Below are positions 28,454 to 37,983 of a stretch of 64,000 nt of DNA, in pieces (position 1 is the stretch's first letter; each line of letters opens with the position of its first letter). The position numbers were made by a program, and so were the translations under genes. Below the pieces are notes generated by a model, which made no database searches, was not told the DNA's origin, and saw only the letters and a program-made list of their open reading frames with translations. Origin of the DNA: Candidatus Latescibacterota bacterium (GTDB lineage: Bacteria > Latescibacterota > UBA2968 > UBA8231); assembly GCA_965200315.1 (NCBI GenBank), contig OZ241362.1, forward strand, positions 4,704,001 through 4,768,000, in the 5' to 3' direction.

Positions 28454-31231
28454 TCATTGTGATCGTTCGACTTGCACCTGATCCTTCAGTTCGAGATCGT
28501 CGAGAACCTGCCGTAGCTCGGTTTCCATGTTGTGGGCAAACTGCGAGTGGACGCTCACGGTGAATTCTATGCCGACGCTGAGTTCTTCCCCGGTGCGCAG
28601 CTTGGGCAGCAGCTTGGTTCCCAGCCGGTTCCATACTTCGGGGGGCACGGTGCCGGTAAGCCGAAGCCTTGTCTTTTGATTGGCTGGGCTTGGTGCTGGG
28701 GCCGATTCTGGCTCTGGCTGGGGTGCTGGCTCTGGACTTGAAGCGGGTTCTGGTTGCGGCTGTGGCGCATGTTCAGGCGCGGCTTTGAGTGCTTTGGCTT
28801 TGGCCTTGGTCACCAAGAAGACGTTCTCCTCAAACGCCACTTCCGCCGATTCGACCGTCTCTTCATACCACAGCCGATTAAAGCCGCCATCGTCTTGGGC
28901 ACCCGAGGCTAGGCCGAACTCTCCCTTCGCCACGAACTCAACGACCTTCTGACTCAGGATCGCATCGGGATCGAGCAGCCGCGTCAATGCGCCGTTCAGA
29001 AAGCTCTGGCGCAGACTTGTAAGCGGCCAAGCGCCGGTGTCTTTGAACGCGGCCGGCCAGTGGCGGTCAATGTAACCCGCCCCCACGTTCTCGTTGAGCA
29101 GGGCCTCGCTCTTCAAGGCACTGATGATCCGCCCGCAGAGGGTTCCGCTGCTACTGCTGTGGCCGGCTCCGAGATCGATGATCTTGAGCTTGTGCTGTTC
29201 CTGAGCGTCGGCCAGTGCGACAAAGCGATAGCCGGCCCATACTTCGTCTTTGGCCGCTTCTTCTGCGTCCCGAACATGAGTCTGAATCTCGGCGCGATCA
29301 GCGCGATCGTATTCTGAGCCGAGGACGCCTTCGGACACCTCTTGATCTACACGCTTCCAAGCGAGCCATAGCTCGACCTTGTCGCGCAGCTCGCGCCCCG
29401 GTTTCCGCGCACACCAGACCAGCGCACCTCGGTACAGCCGTGGCGAAGTGCCCCGCTCCTGAGTCCAGCGGCCAATGCGCTCGACTATCTCTATCTGATT
29501 GCCGTTTATCCATTCCTCATCGGGGTCGAGGACGATTAGGGTGAGGCGCGGAGAATCTTGGACGGCGGTGCTGTCCTGCGGGAAGAATGTTCTCGGCAGG
29601 GTGGCGCCGCGTTTGAACTCTTCCTCGACCAGCTTGCGGATCGCTGGCTTGATTTCTGTAGCCTCGTCGAGCGAAGCCCGGCGGTCACTGACGACCTTGC
29701 GCAATGTCGCTTGATGGTGGATGCGGTAGCCGTCGGTGCCGACCTTGCGGATAAAGAACCCCGACCCTTCGAGAGCGGTCGCCGCATTGTCGATGGTCGT
29801 GGTATCGACGTCGGGTTCGCCGAGCGCAAAGCGCAATTCCGGCAAATGGGCCACCTTGTCCATCTGTCCGCCAGAGGACTCGAATAGGATGGCCGCACCC
29901 ACGCGACGGTGGATATCGCGCAGTGCTCCCGTGGCATCCGCATCGAGCGGTCTGGCACGGGCCGCTGTCCCCGCGAGATCGGCGTCAATCGCCGCATCGA
30001 GCCGCGACTCGCCCAACTGGCCTAAGACCACGGCGCGAAACTCGGGCACGGCCAACGGTGCCGATCCTAGCGTAATCAGCGGCTCGGTGCGCGCCTTGGT
30101 GAACTGCTCGCGTGCGGCCCAAGAAATCCATTGCGCCAGCATGGCCAGTGCCCCTCGGGTTTGCTGGAATTGGGCGAGCGCGCGCCACTTGCGCTGAAAG
30201 ACCGAAAGGGTCGCCGGATGAAAGGGATAGCACGCCTCGAATCGGTCCCGCAGAAATTCTTTTGCTTTGGCCGCGGTCGTCGCGGTATCGACCGCCAGCC
30301 ACTCGTCGGGCAAGCGAGCCGTGCGCTCACAACACCAGTCCGCGTAGGTTTTGGCGACGCGCTTGCGAATGCGCTCGTTGCCGAGGTCCTCAAACAGCCG
30401 TCGGCGCACTACCTCGCTAATCTCGGATTCGTCATTGGCGATTAAGTCGCGGGCGACGCGGCGCACTACCTTGGTGATTCGGTCTTGCCACTGCTGATCC
30501 CAATCGGTCATTTCGACTTGGCTGCGCGGCAGGCTGATGACGGCTGCGGCCTGCGTGGTGCCGGTGACGGCGACGGTCAGGTTTTGTAGGAAGGCGTGGA
30601 AGGGTTCGGCCATGGGGCGATGGCGGTTGACGAAGTTGAGGACTTCATCGAACAACAGCAGCACGGGCGCATCCGCAGCGGCGAATACATTGGCCAGTGC
30701 TTCGGTTCCCGGTGGCGTGGTTTTCGCGGCCGCGCCGAGTGCAGCGACGCCCTTATCGCCGGCCAGTTGGCGGGCTAAGTCGATCCAAGGCGTCTCTCGG
30801 CCTTCGGCAGGGTCATAGGCATTGCCGACGAAGACGCCGACGCGGGCCGGCGGAGTTTTGGCAATGCCCGCCTCGTTTAGGAGGTCTGTTACGCCGGGGA
30901 GCTGGGCGGCATCCGCGCCAGCATTGGCGATATGGTACAGGGAAGCTAGGGTATGCGTCTTGCCGCCGCCGAATTGGGTGACGAGCGTGAGGACTGGTGC
31001 TGTGTTCTCGGTCTTGCCGGAAAGACGCCGGAGGACCATGCCGGCGTGTTCCTTCAGGGCGCGGGTGAAGCAGGTGCGCGAGAAGAACTGTGCTGGATCG
31101 CGGTAATCTACGGGGGCGGTTTGGGCGACGATTTGCTCAAGGGCGATGGCGAACTCGTCCGGGCTGAACGAGCGGCCTTCGCGCACTTCTTTGCGGAGCG
31201 TTACGATTTTGTACCAAGGGTCGAGGGCCAT
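28454..31231 (-). CDS. DUF499-family AAA+ ATPase
   Basis: Start at MALDPWYKIV (31231); EFAIAL, Walker A QFGGGKTH, Walker B LLLFDE, VRRRLFE, YPFHP and FQQTRG; Pro-rich linker before a small C-terminal domain. Confidence 0.9.
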   Translation of the reverse strand: MALDPWYKIVTLRKEVREGRSFSPDEFAIALEQIVAQTAPVDYRDPAQFFSRTCFTRALKEHAGMVLRRLSGKTENTAPVLTLVTQFGGGKTHTLASLYHIANAGADAAQLPGVTDLLNEAGIAKTPPARVGVFVGNAYDPAEGRETPWIDLARQLAGDKGVAALGAAAKTTPPGTEALANVFAAADAPVLLLFDEVLNFVNRHRPMAEPFHAFLQNLTVAVTGTTQAAAVISLPRSQVEMTDWDQQWQDRITKVVRRVARDLIANDESEISEVVRRRLFEDLGNERIRKRVAKTYADWCCERTARLPDEWLAVDTATTAAKAKEFLRDRFEACYPFHPATLSVFQRKWRALAQFQQTRGALAMLAQWISWAAREQFTKARTEPLITLGSAPLAVPEFRAVVLGQLGESRLDAAIDADLAGTAARARPLDADATGALRDIHRRVGAAILFESSGGQMDKVAHLPELRFALGEPDVDTTTIDNAATALEGSGFFIRKVGTDGYRIHHQATLRKVVSDRRASLDEATEIKPAIRKLVEEEFKRGATLPRTFFPQDSTAVQDSPRLTLIVLDPDEEWINGNQIEIVERIGRWTQERGTSPRLYRGALVWCARKPGRELRDKVELWLAWKRVDQEVSEGVLGSEYDRADRAEIQTHVRDAEEAAKDEVWAGYRFVALADAQEQHKLKIIDLGAGHSSSSGTLCGRIISALKSEALLNENVGAGYIDRHWPAAFKDTGAWPLTSLRQSFLNGALTRLLDPDAILSQKVVEFVAKGEFGLASGAQDDGGFNRLWYEETVESAEVAFEENVFLVTKAKAKALKAAPEHAPQPQPEPASSPEPAPQPEPESAPAPSPANQKTRLRLTGTVPPEVWNRLGTKLLPKLRTGEELSVGIEFTVSVHSQFAHNMETELRQVLDDLELKDQVQVERSQ
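31162..31231. repeat. 70-bp direct repeat, copy 1 (5' end of the intact DUF499 gene)
   Basis: ggctgaacgagcggccttc...tcgagggccat, identical to 32622..32691. Confidence 0.95.
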
Positions 31232-31248
31232 CGTTTCACCATGCTCGG

Positions 31249-31432
31249 TTATTTCGGGTCTGCTGCTAGGGATTCTAAGTGTTCCAGCCACGCGCCAAAC
31301 CTAGGACATTCGGTGCGCATTTTGTCCAGTCCAATAGCTGTTGCTAGTTCCAGTCCGTCAACCCCTTTGCTGTACCTAGGGATCACACCGGCGATCCGTT
31401 TGCCCCTCCACCACAATCGCCAGCCGAATCAC
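31249..31432 (-). pseudogene. DUF4276 (TOPRIM-like) gene with large internal deletion
   Basis: GTG overlapping the ATPase stop reads MIRLAIVVEGQT. A shifted frame reads KRIAGVIPRYSKGVDGLELATAIGLDKMRTECPRFGAWLEHLESL, the typical DUF4276 C-terminus, ending in TAA at 31249. Confidence 0.85.
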
Positions 31433-32559
31433 GGACGTCCCCCGAGGATATTCTTCTCCCACAGTTCCCCGGTTGAGTAGTGCTCAATCCATTGCTTATA
31501 GGCGTCGGGATCAAGTTTTCGGCACAGCGTCTGGCCTTCCTTCAGATCCATGACGAAAACTTGGTCGATGTCGAATGTGTCCACCAAGTGGGGAGACTGC
31601 GTTGCTGCGATGATCTGTCTTTCGTGGGAGCGCGAAGCTATCATGCCGCCGATTAGCCCGACGGCCGATGTATGCAAGCCCAGCTCGGGCTCATCCAACA
31701 GGACGACGTCCGGCAACATATCGGTCGGCATTCTGAGCAGCGTCACTAGGGCAAAGGTCCGCAGCGATCCGTCGGAGGTTAGGTGGGCACCGAACGTCTT
31801 GTTCGACCACTTGGCTTTCCAGCGCAGTAAGACCTTTCCGTATTCCTCTTCGATGGCGAAGCGGTCAAAACCCGGTAGGACCCGCCCTATCTGCCAACAG
31901 ATGTCCTCATACACCCTCACGTCTTCCTGCTCCAGCCGGTATAGCACGGCCGCCAAGTTGCCCCCGTCACTGCGAAGTTGGTGGTTGTCATGCACATCCC
32001 ACTTTTTTTTAAAATTTGACTCGTGGGATGTGTCGTGGAACTGGTAGGCCGCAACGTTGCGGAGCAGATGGACAATCCCCTTGGCGGTCATTCTGCTCGC
32101 TTCAGGATACTCAGCGGTCTGAGCGGCTTCGACAATTTTCGCTTCGCGATGCCCGCTATCTAGGTATTGCCAGTTCGTTTCAGTGGGAAAATTTGGTCGG
32201 CTGAACCTGAAGCCTTCCTCCGTAAAGAGGAAACGGTCGGTTTGGGTGTGGGACAATGCAAACCTGTAGTCGTTCCGGCCCGCCGCCGTAAGCAGGGATA
32301 TTTCCGCCTCCATCCGTGGTGTCACGCGACTGCCGCCAAAGAGTTGGTCGTCGGCACCACCCTGCCGCTCGACGAACTCCCCCAGCCGCCGAGAGCGAAG
32401 CATCCAGCTCAGCATTTCAAAGAAGCGAATGAAATTCGATTTGCCCGAGCCGTTGGCACCAATTAGGACCGCCGCCTTGGGAATTCTCGCAAGCTCTACA
32501 TCAGCCAACGACCGGAAGCCTTGGATGCGGACATGATCTATAAAGGTTGTTTTACTCAG
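31429..32559 (-). CDS. AAA_21/ABC-type ATPase; probable CTG start
   Basis: GANGSGKSN, YQFHDT, LRSDGGNLA, TSDGSLR, LLDEPELGLH and ATQS motifs. The frame extends to CTG 32559 (LSKTTFIDHVRIQGFRSL) with GGGAGA RBS. Confidence 0.88.
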   Translation of the reverse strand: MSKTTFIDHVRIQGFRSLADVELARIPKAAVLIGANGSGKSNFIRFFEMLSWMLRSRRLGEFVERQGGADDQLFGGSRVTPRMEAEISLLTAAGRNDYRFALSHTQTDRFLFTEEGFRFSRPNFPTETNWQYLDSGHREAKIVEAAQTAEYPEASRMTAKGIVHLLRNVAAYQFHDTSHESNFKKKWDVHDNHQLRSDGGNLAAVLYRLEQEDVRVYEDICWQIGRVLPGFDRFAIEEEYGKVLLRWKAKWSNKTFGAHLTSDGSLRTFALVTLLRMPTDMLPDVVLLDEPELGLHTSAVGLIGGMIASRSHERQIIAATQSPHLVDTFDIDQVFVMDLKEGQTLCRKLDPDAYKQWIEHYSTGELWEKNILGGRP

Positions 32560-32621
32560 CGGATATTCTCCCTACGCGGCGACCGGCCTGTCGGTCAATG
32601 AGTCATCTCACCGCTCACCTA

Positions 32622-32691
32622 GGCTGAACGAGCGGCCTTCGCGCACTTCTTTGCGGAGCGTTACGATTTTGTACCAAGGGTCGAGGGCCAT
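32622..32691. repeat. 70-bp direct repeat, copy 2 (abortive DUF499 start, MALDPWYKIVTLRKEVREGRSFSLGER*, 32608..32691)
   Basis: Identical to 31162..31231; diverges after the FS codons and stops at 32608. Confidence 0.95.
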
Positions 32692-32753
32692 GTTCAGTTC
32701 CTAATTCTCTTATCGTTTCTTGGTGTCCTGTAGAGAGATCATCCGAGTTGTGC

Positions 32754-33383
32754 TTAAACATCCTCGGTCCAAGTAGCGGGAGGCCACACACCGATATCCT
32801 GCCCCATGGAACGAACCAAAAGCCCGAATGAATGAGCGAGCTTACGAAACGATCTGGACCGGCGGTACGCATCTGGCAATGAGAACTTTGCGCTGAATGC
32901 TGGTTGATGTATGCGCTCCTGATAGCTCATTCTATCTTGCATTCGCTTTTCTAGTTGTCCCTTCGCGTCACGATGCATTTCCGGGTTAGGATGAAGTCCC
33001 GCGTCGTTCCTGACAGTGGGATGCTCTCGTAGCGACTCAATCGCGGCCAGAAACCATGCCTCGTATTCGCGGTGTGCGATGACGACTTCACACGGCAGCT
33101 TGCAAGCAGACGCTGCCGCCCAATGTTGCACCTGCGGTCCCAACTCGGCGGGACAGTCCGAGTCCCCATCGAACAGGATGAGGACCGCGCAACATTCTGG
33201 CTGTAGGCGAGCCAGCTTTACTGCTGTATTCACTTCGGCTTCACCCGTAAGTTGATTACGCTTTCTCCGAATTGGTCGCCCGATATTGACGCTCCAAACT
33301 TGAGCTTCCGTGACAAAGCGACGAAGCAATACCGGAAGCGCTTCCACCTCCCCATACCCTTCCACGATCGGTTGGATATTCAC
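32754..33383 (-). CDS. DUF4276-family TOPRIM-like protein
   Basis: GTG start overlapping the ATPase stop (GTGA); IVEGYGE, LFDGDSDCP, EYEAWFLA and SRSFRKL motifs. Confidence 0.85.
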   Translation of the reverse strand: MNIQPIVEGYGEVEALPVLLRRFVTEAQVWSVNIGRPIRRKRNQLTGEAEVNTAVKLARLQPECCAVLILFDGDSDCPAELGPQVQHWAAASACKLPCEVVIAHREYEAWFLAAIESLREHPTVRNDAGLHPNPEMHRDAKGQLEKRMQDRMSYQERIHQPAFSAKFSLPDAYRRSRSFRKLAHSFGLLVRSMGQDIGVWPPATWTEDV

Positions 33384-34630
33384 GGTAAATCGTCCTGCGG
33401 GAACAGCTCGTACTGGCGAGGATGCCAAGTGAACTGATCGTCGGGGGTTAGAGCATTCGACCATAGTAGCTCTCCAGCCCCCATAAGGTGCTCACGTAAG
33501 GCCGTCCGGGCCGCTGACGAGATCGGACGAACCCGCGTCGCACCTTCTGCCCAACTGGCAATGCGAAGGTGGTGATCCTCGATCCATTTAACGTCGAGTA
33601 CATCGCGACTATGCGTCGTCACTACGACCTGCATAAAGCGCCCGGCGTGACGCAGCGCATCCAAAACCACCCCTAGCGCCTCTATGTGTATGGTAGCTTC
33701 TGGTTCTTCAATTACGAGAAGCGAAGGGGCCGGACGCTGGAAAATCGCTGTGAGTAGCCCCAAGACGCGAAGTGTGCCGTCGGACATGTTGAAGGCTTCA
33801 AACTTCACCGATTTCGGCTGCGCTCTGTTCTGGGCAGACTCGTTCTCCCAACTTTGGGTAAACTCCAGCGTCAGTTTGTTGCCGTGCTCTTTGGACTGGA
33901 TGTCAACGGTCCCGGGCACCAAGATCGCTAAAAGCGCGCGGATTTGCTCCCAATTGTCTGGAGACTCCCGTTGGATTTCGCGCAACACACTGGCGGCGTT
34001 GCTGCCATCAGAACGCAGACGCCCACCTCCCTCTAAGTCTTGCATCCCTCTCAGGGCCGTTGGTTCGATCCGGTACACCCGCATGTCCGACAAGAAGCGA
34101 AAAACCGCCTGAAAGTGCCTATCGCCTCCGATCAGGGGAAGTGCCAAGGCGTTCGGCGCCACAGCCGGCTTTAGGGAAGCAACGGTGCTTTCCCATCCTA
34201 TGAGCGGACGAGATGGAGAGGCGGGCTTAAAGCGCTCAAACCAATCCCGCGAACCATCAGACCTCTGCACGACGCAGCGCTCATGTCCGACCTCGAAGCG
34301 ATGGCCCCTAGAGCCATATAACCGAAAGGCGTACCGCGCCCAAGAGGTGTCTTTATCTGGGTTCTCCAGTTCCACTGCCAAGCCCAGACCCGGCTGAGTG
34401 CCATTCACAGAACTGAGATGACCAATGGCGGCCGATCCACCGCGCTGTTCAAGAACAGCTTGCAGCGGTAAGGCCATCGCATCGGCTAGGAACGCAAACG
34501 CATCGGCCAAGCTGCTCTTGCCAGAGCCGTTCTGACCGACGAGAAAGGTGGGATTGTCGAACTCTATCGCCTCCTTTTCAAAGCTGCGGAAGCGATGTAA
34601 CACTAAGCGGCGTAGAATAGGATCAGCCAT
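33380..34630 (-). CDS. AAA_21/ABC-type ATPase
   Basis: LHRFRSF, GQNGSGKS, LRSDGSNAA, MSDGTLR, IEEPEATIH and TTHS motifs. Confidence 0.9.
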   Translation of the reverse strand: MADPILRRLVLHRFRSFEKEAIEFDNPTFLVGQNGSGKSSLADAFAFLADAMALPLQAVLEQRGGSAAIGHLSSVNGTQPGLGLAVELENPDKDTSWARYAFRLYGSRGHRFEVGHERCVVQRSDGSRDWFERFKPASPSRPLIGWESTVASLKPAVAPNALALPLIGGDRHFQAVFRFLSDMRVYRIEPTALRGMQDLEGGGRLRSDGSNAASVLREIQRESPDNWEQIRALLAILVPGTVDIQSKEHGNKLTLEFTQSWENESAQNRAQPKSVKFEAFNMSDGTLRVLGLLTAIFQRPAPSLLVIEEPEATIHIEALGVVLDALRHAGRFMQVVVTTHSRDVLDVKWIEDHHLRIASWAEGATRVRPISSAARTALREHLMGAGELLWSNALTPDDQFTWHPRQYELFPQDDLP

Positions 34631-34633
34631 AGG

Positions 34634-37591
34634 TCACCTCGGCACTGCCAAGAGCATGGCGTCGAGTAGGCGTTTTTCATTGCAGCCTTGAGGGTAAAGG
34701 GCGGATAGGGCATTGGCAAGGCGGAGGAAGTCGGGGCCGCGGTCTTGCTCGGTGTCGATTAGCGTCCGTAGGGCGTTGGCGTGGCCGCTGGACTGGAAGA
34801 GCATGGCGGTGTGGACGCGGTCGAGGGTGGTGTCGCCAAAGGTTGCGGCGAGGGGGTCGTCGGGGGATTCGCCGTATTGCGGGCGTGGCTCGCGGACGAG
34901 CGTGGGGGTGCTTTCCTGATGGTCGGGGAAGAGGGTCTGCTGGATTTTGGTGCGTGAGTCGCTTTCGAGGTAGCTGGCGGCCGCGGCCGCGCCGTCTTCG
35001 CCAAAGAGCTTTTTGGCGCGCTCGGACACGGGTAGGAGGCGGACGACGCCTTTTTCTTGGCCGATGATGCGGTCGGTCCAAGTGTCGAGGTCAATGCCCA
35101 TGGGCTGGGCGAAGCGGCGCACTACGTCGAAGGGGAGCGCAAAGCTACTGGCGGCTACTTTGGCGACGGTTTCATCATCGGCGACGTCGGCTTGTTCCTC
35201 TGCAACCGGGGCGGTGCTTTGCATGGTCCACAGGAAGAGCGCGGTGAGGCGGGCGTCTTCTTCGAGTGCGCCGGACAGGCCGTTGCGCGCTTGGGCCTCG
35301 GCCGTGCCGAGCACTTGTTGCAGGGCGGCGCGGCCTACTACTTCCCAGACCTTTTCGAGGTATTCGCTCAGATCGACGGTGTCGCCTTCGACCGTTTCGA
35401 CGGCGCGGTAGCGGCTGAAAATTTCGAGGGCCGGGCCGATGCAGGCGAAGACCAAATCGGCACCGCGGATACCTTCTTCTTGCAAGCGGTCGATCCAGTC
35501 GGCGACGCGGAGCGGTAGTTCGCGCAGGACATCGGCCCAGTCGCCGATGGGGGCGTCTTCCGGGCGGGGGCGGCAGATGAGGTGGATGCTGGTGGCGAGG
35601 GCGGCGGAATCGCGGGCGCGGAGACGGGATGCCATTTCCGTTTCAATCGGCCACGAGCCGGTGATCGTCCAGCCACCGCGAATCATGCCGGAGAGTAACG
35701 CTTCCCAGCCTTCGGTTGTTTTGTGGGCAAAGACGACGGAGCCGACGCCGTCTTCGCTGAGGACGCGGCGACCTTCGGCGAAGGCTTTTGCCATTTGTTC
35801 CTCGAACCATGCGCGATCTTTGGGTTGTCCGGTATCGTCGCGTTTGATTTCGTCCTGCACGGCTTCGGCTGTTTTGGGCGAGAGGGGGTTGTTTGGATCA
35901 AATGGGTCGCGTAGTAGCGGATTATTGGGTAGCGTCCGCTTGAGCCAGACGAAAAAGAAGTCGGAGAGATCGGAATAGGGGATGGCGTCGTAGTAGGGTG
36001 GATCGGTGAACCAGACTACAGTGGATTGGTCGGGAAGTGGGTGGTCAGTGGCGTCGGCTTGTTGGACGTGGCACCATGCTGTCTTGTGTATGCTTTCTAT
36101 GACCTTACACACAGCATCTATACCAGAGAGAAAAACTCCCAGTGCGTTACTCTTCGGTGTAGATTCACAGAAATCCCACACCATAGGAATAGCTGGACGT
36201 GCAAATAGATTTACAGGATTTTCGGCACCACTTTCCCATCGGGCGAGTGAATTGTTCCCATCCGCCATTCTGCTTAGTAGCAATGCGATCAGGGTTTGTT
36301 GAATGTTTGGCGCAAGCGCTACTGTTGATCGTCCTAACCCCACCAACGCCACTTTCTGCCGCGCCGTAAACAAGTCGCCCCACTGCATCATACCGTAGCG
36401 TTGTACGCTGAACGCCCGCCCTGCGCCCGAACCACCCCCAGTCGGTGTCGGCTCATCCGGCACCGGGCAAAGCCCCTGCTTCCCGCCCCGCTCCCATTCA
36501 TCCAGAACCTGCGCTACCCGCTCCTGAGCTTTTCGCACCGCCGCGTAGTCTGCATCATTCGGTAGCCGATAGTGCCGCCCTGTCTGTCCAGACTTGATCG
36601 TCACCACCGCGGTCATCCGCGCCCCACCCGCCCGTCGCCCCTCCGCGTCAAAAATCACATCCGCGCCGCCCCGCTCAGCCGCAAGCTGCGCCCGCACCCG
36701 CACCGGCGGCAGCACCGCCCCGCAGCACAGACAAGTCGCCCTCGCCCGCGTCACCGTGCCGCCGCGCACCTCTTTGTCCGCCTTGGGCGCAAAAATTTCA
36801 AACTCGACGCTCGGTGGCTCCCCCTCGCCGCGCCCGACTCGATGCCGCAACGCCCACTTGCGCTTGGCCTTCTTGCACAACCAGAATGAACGCATCAGCG
36901 GAATCTCCGCGCCGCAGTTGGGCGCTTCGCAGCGCACCGTCCGCGCCCACAAATACGCAATCGGCGTGGCCCCATCTGGATCGGTCGGATACAAATCGGC
37001 CAGTTCCTTTTCCGCCTGCGCCTTAATCTCGCCGCCAACCCGGCGCAATTCTTCTGCCAGCCCCGGCCCGTGGCGCGGAATGTCCTCCAGCATCACCTTG
37101 AGAATCAGACACGCCACCGGATTCAAATCGCTGGCAAACGCCTCGCAGCCCAGCCGCAACGCTTCCAGCGGAATCGAACCCCCACCCGCAAACGGGTCCA
37201 CCACCAGCGGCGGCTCCGCGCCATGCGCCGCCTTCACTAGCGCCCGGCTCACGTCGAGATGAGTGCGATCCGCCGCATTTTTCCAGGCGGCGAAGTTGGC
37301 GATGAACGACAGCAACCCCTGTCGCAGTTCCATGTCATTCGTCGGTGGCTGCCGCACCGTACGCAGAATTTTCCGCGCTTGCTGCTTAAAGCCCTCCGGG
37401 CAGTGCTCGTCACACGGGTCCGGCAAAAGCAACGCCAGCAATACCGCCCGCGACGACGCCAACGGCCGCCGCGCCCACCACAGGTGCAGCGTACTCGGAC
37501 GCCCGTGCCGAATGGACTTTGTTGCGTGTTTGGAAACCTCGGCGATGGGGAAATCGACTTCGGCGAGACGCTTGCATTCGCGGGGGATCAT
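34634..37591 (-). CDS. DUF1156-domain adenine-specific DNA methyltransferase with zinc ribbon
   Basis: TLHLWWARRPLA, DPFAGGGSIPLEALRLG, CEAPNCG/CLCCG, TDPPYYD and FAHKT motifs. Confidence 0.92.
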   Translation of the reverse strand: MIPRECKRLAEVDFPIAEVSKHATKSIRHGRPSTLHLWWARRPLASSRAVLLALLLPDPCDEHCPEGFKQQARKILRTVRQPPTNDMELRQGLLSFIANFAAWKNAADRTHLDVSRALVKAAHGAEPPLVVDPFAGGGSIPLEALRLGCEAFASDLNPVACLILKVMLEDIPRHGPGLAEELRRVGGEIKAQAEKELADLYPTDPDGATPIAYLWARTVRCEAPNCGAEIPLMRSFWLCKKAKRKWALRHRVGRGEGEPPSVEFEIFAPKADKEVRGGTVTRARATCLCCGAVLPPVRVRAQLAAERGGADVIFDAEGRRAGGARMTAVVTIKSGQTGRHYRLPNDADYAAVRKAQERVAQVLDEWERGGKQGLCPVPDEPTPTGGGSGAGRAFSVQRYGMMQWGDLFTARQKVALVGLGRSTVALAPNIQQTLIALLLSRMADGNNSLARWESGAENPVNLFARPAIPMVWDFCESTPKSNALGVFLSGIDAVCKVIESIHKTAWCHVQQADATDHPLPDQSTVVWFTDPPYYDAIPYSDLSDFFFVWLKRTLPNNPLLRDPFDPNNPLSPKTAEAVQDEIKRDDTGQPKDRAWFEEQMAKAFAEGRRVLSEDGVGSVVFAHKTTEGWEALLSGMIRGGWTITGSWPIETEMASRLRARDSAALATSIHLICRPRPEDAPIGDWADVLRELPLRVADWIDRLQEEGIRGADLVFACIGPALEIFSRYRAVETVEGDTVDLSEYLEKVWEVVGRAALQQVLGTAEAQARNGLSGALEEDARLTALFLWTMQSTAPVAEEQADVADDETVAKVAASSFALPFDVVRRFAQPMGIDLDTWTDRIIGQEKGVVRLLPVSERAKKLFGEDGAAAAASYLESDSRTKIQQTLFPDHQESTPTLVREPRPQYGESPDDPLAATFGDTTLDRVHTAMLFQSSGHANALRTLIDTEQDRGPDFLRLANALSALYPQGCNEKRLLDAMLLAVPR

Positions 37592-37983
37592 CCTATGCGT
37601 TCCTCAGCCCATTGGACGACGGCTTCGGCGATGGCTAGTGCTTCCGTGTACTCGGACTCGACTACCGGGTTGGTCAATCCCGGATAACGTCCTTCCGTAG
37701 CATAGAGTGTCAATTCCTCCGCTCTACGAACTGTTTCCGGTATGGGCTCTCCAACTGCATCCAGCAGCGAAAACAACCGCGCCAGATCATGCACATAGGG
37801 AAATTCGACCTTACGTGCGATCATCACCGCCTTGATGGCCTTCTCTGCGGCCTGCTGCGCATCGAAGCACAAATCCTCTAGATAGGCATCGGGAACGCGG
37901 TTCTTCGCTAGGGCCAGATTGCTCCGGGCTCGGTTCAGCCATTCCCGCGGATCATCAGGCGGGAAGCGCTCATGCTGATTCAT
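37588..37983 (-). CDS. HEPN domain protein (MNT-HEPN pair)
   Basis: CFDAQQAAEKAIKA, HDLARL and RYP motifs; overlaps both the MNT and the methylase gene. Confidence 0.9.
   Translation of the reverse strand: MNQHERFPPDDPREWLNRARSNLALAKNRVPDAYLEDLCFDAQQAAEKAIKAVMIARKVEFPYVHDLARLFSLLDAVGEPIPETVRRAEELTLYATEGRYPGLTNPVVESEYTEALAIAEAVVQWAEERIG

Noticed and set aside
31162-32691. Diversity-generating retroelement TR/VR pair or IS target duplication
   Set aside because: The copies are identical with no adenine-specific mismatches, and there is no reverse transcriptase, transposase or terminal inverted repeat.
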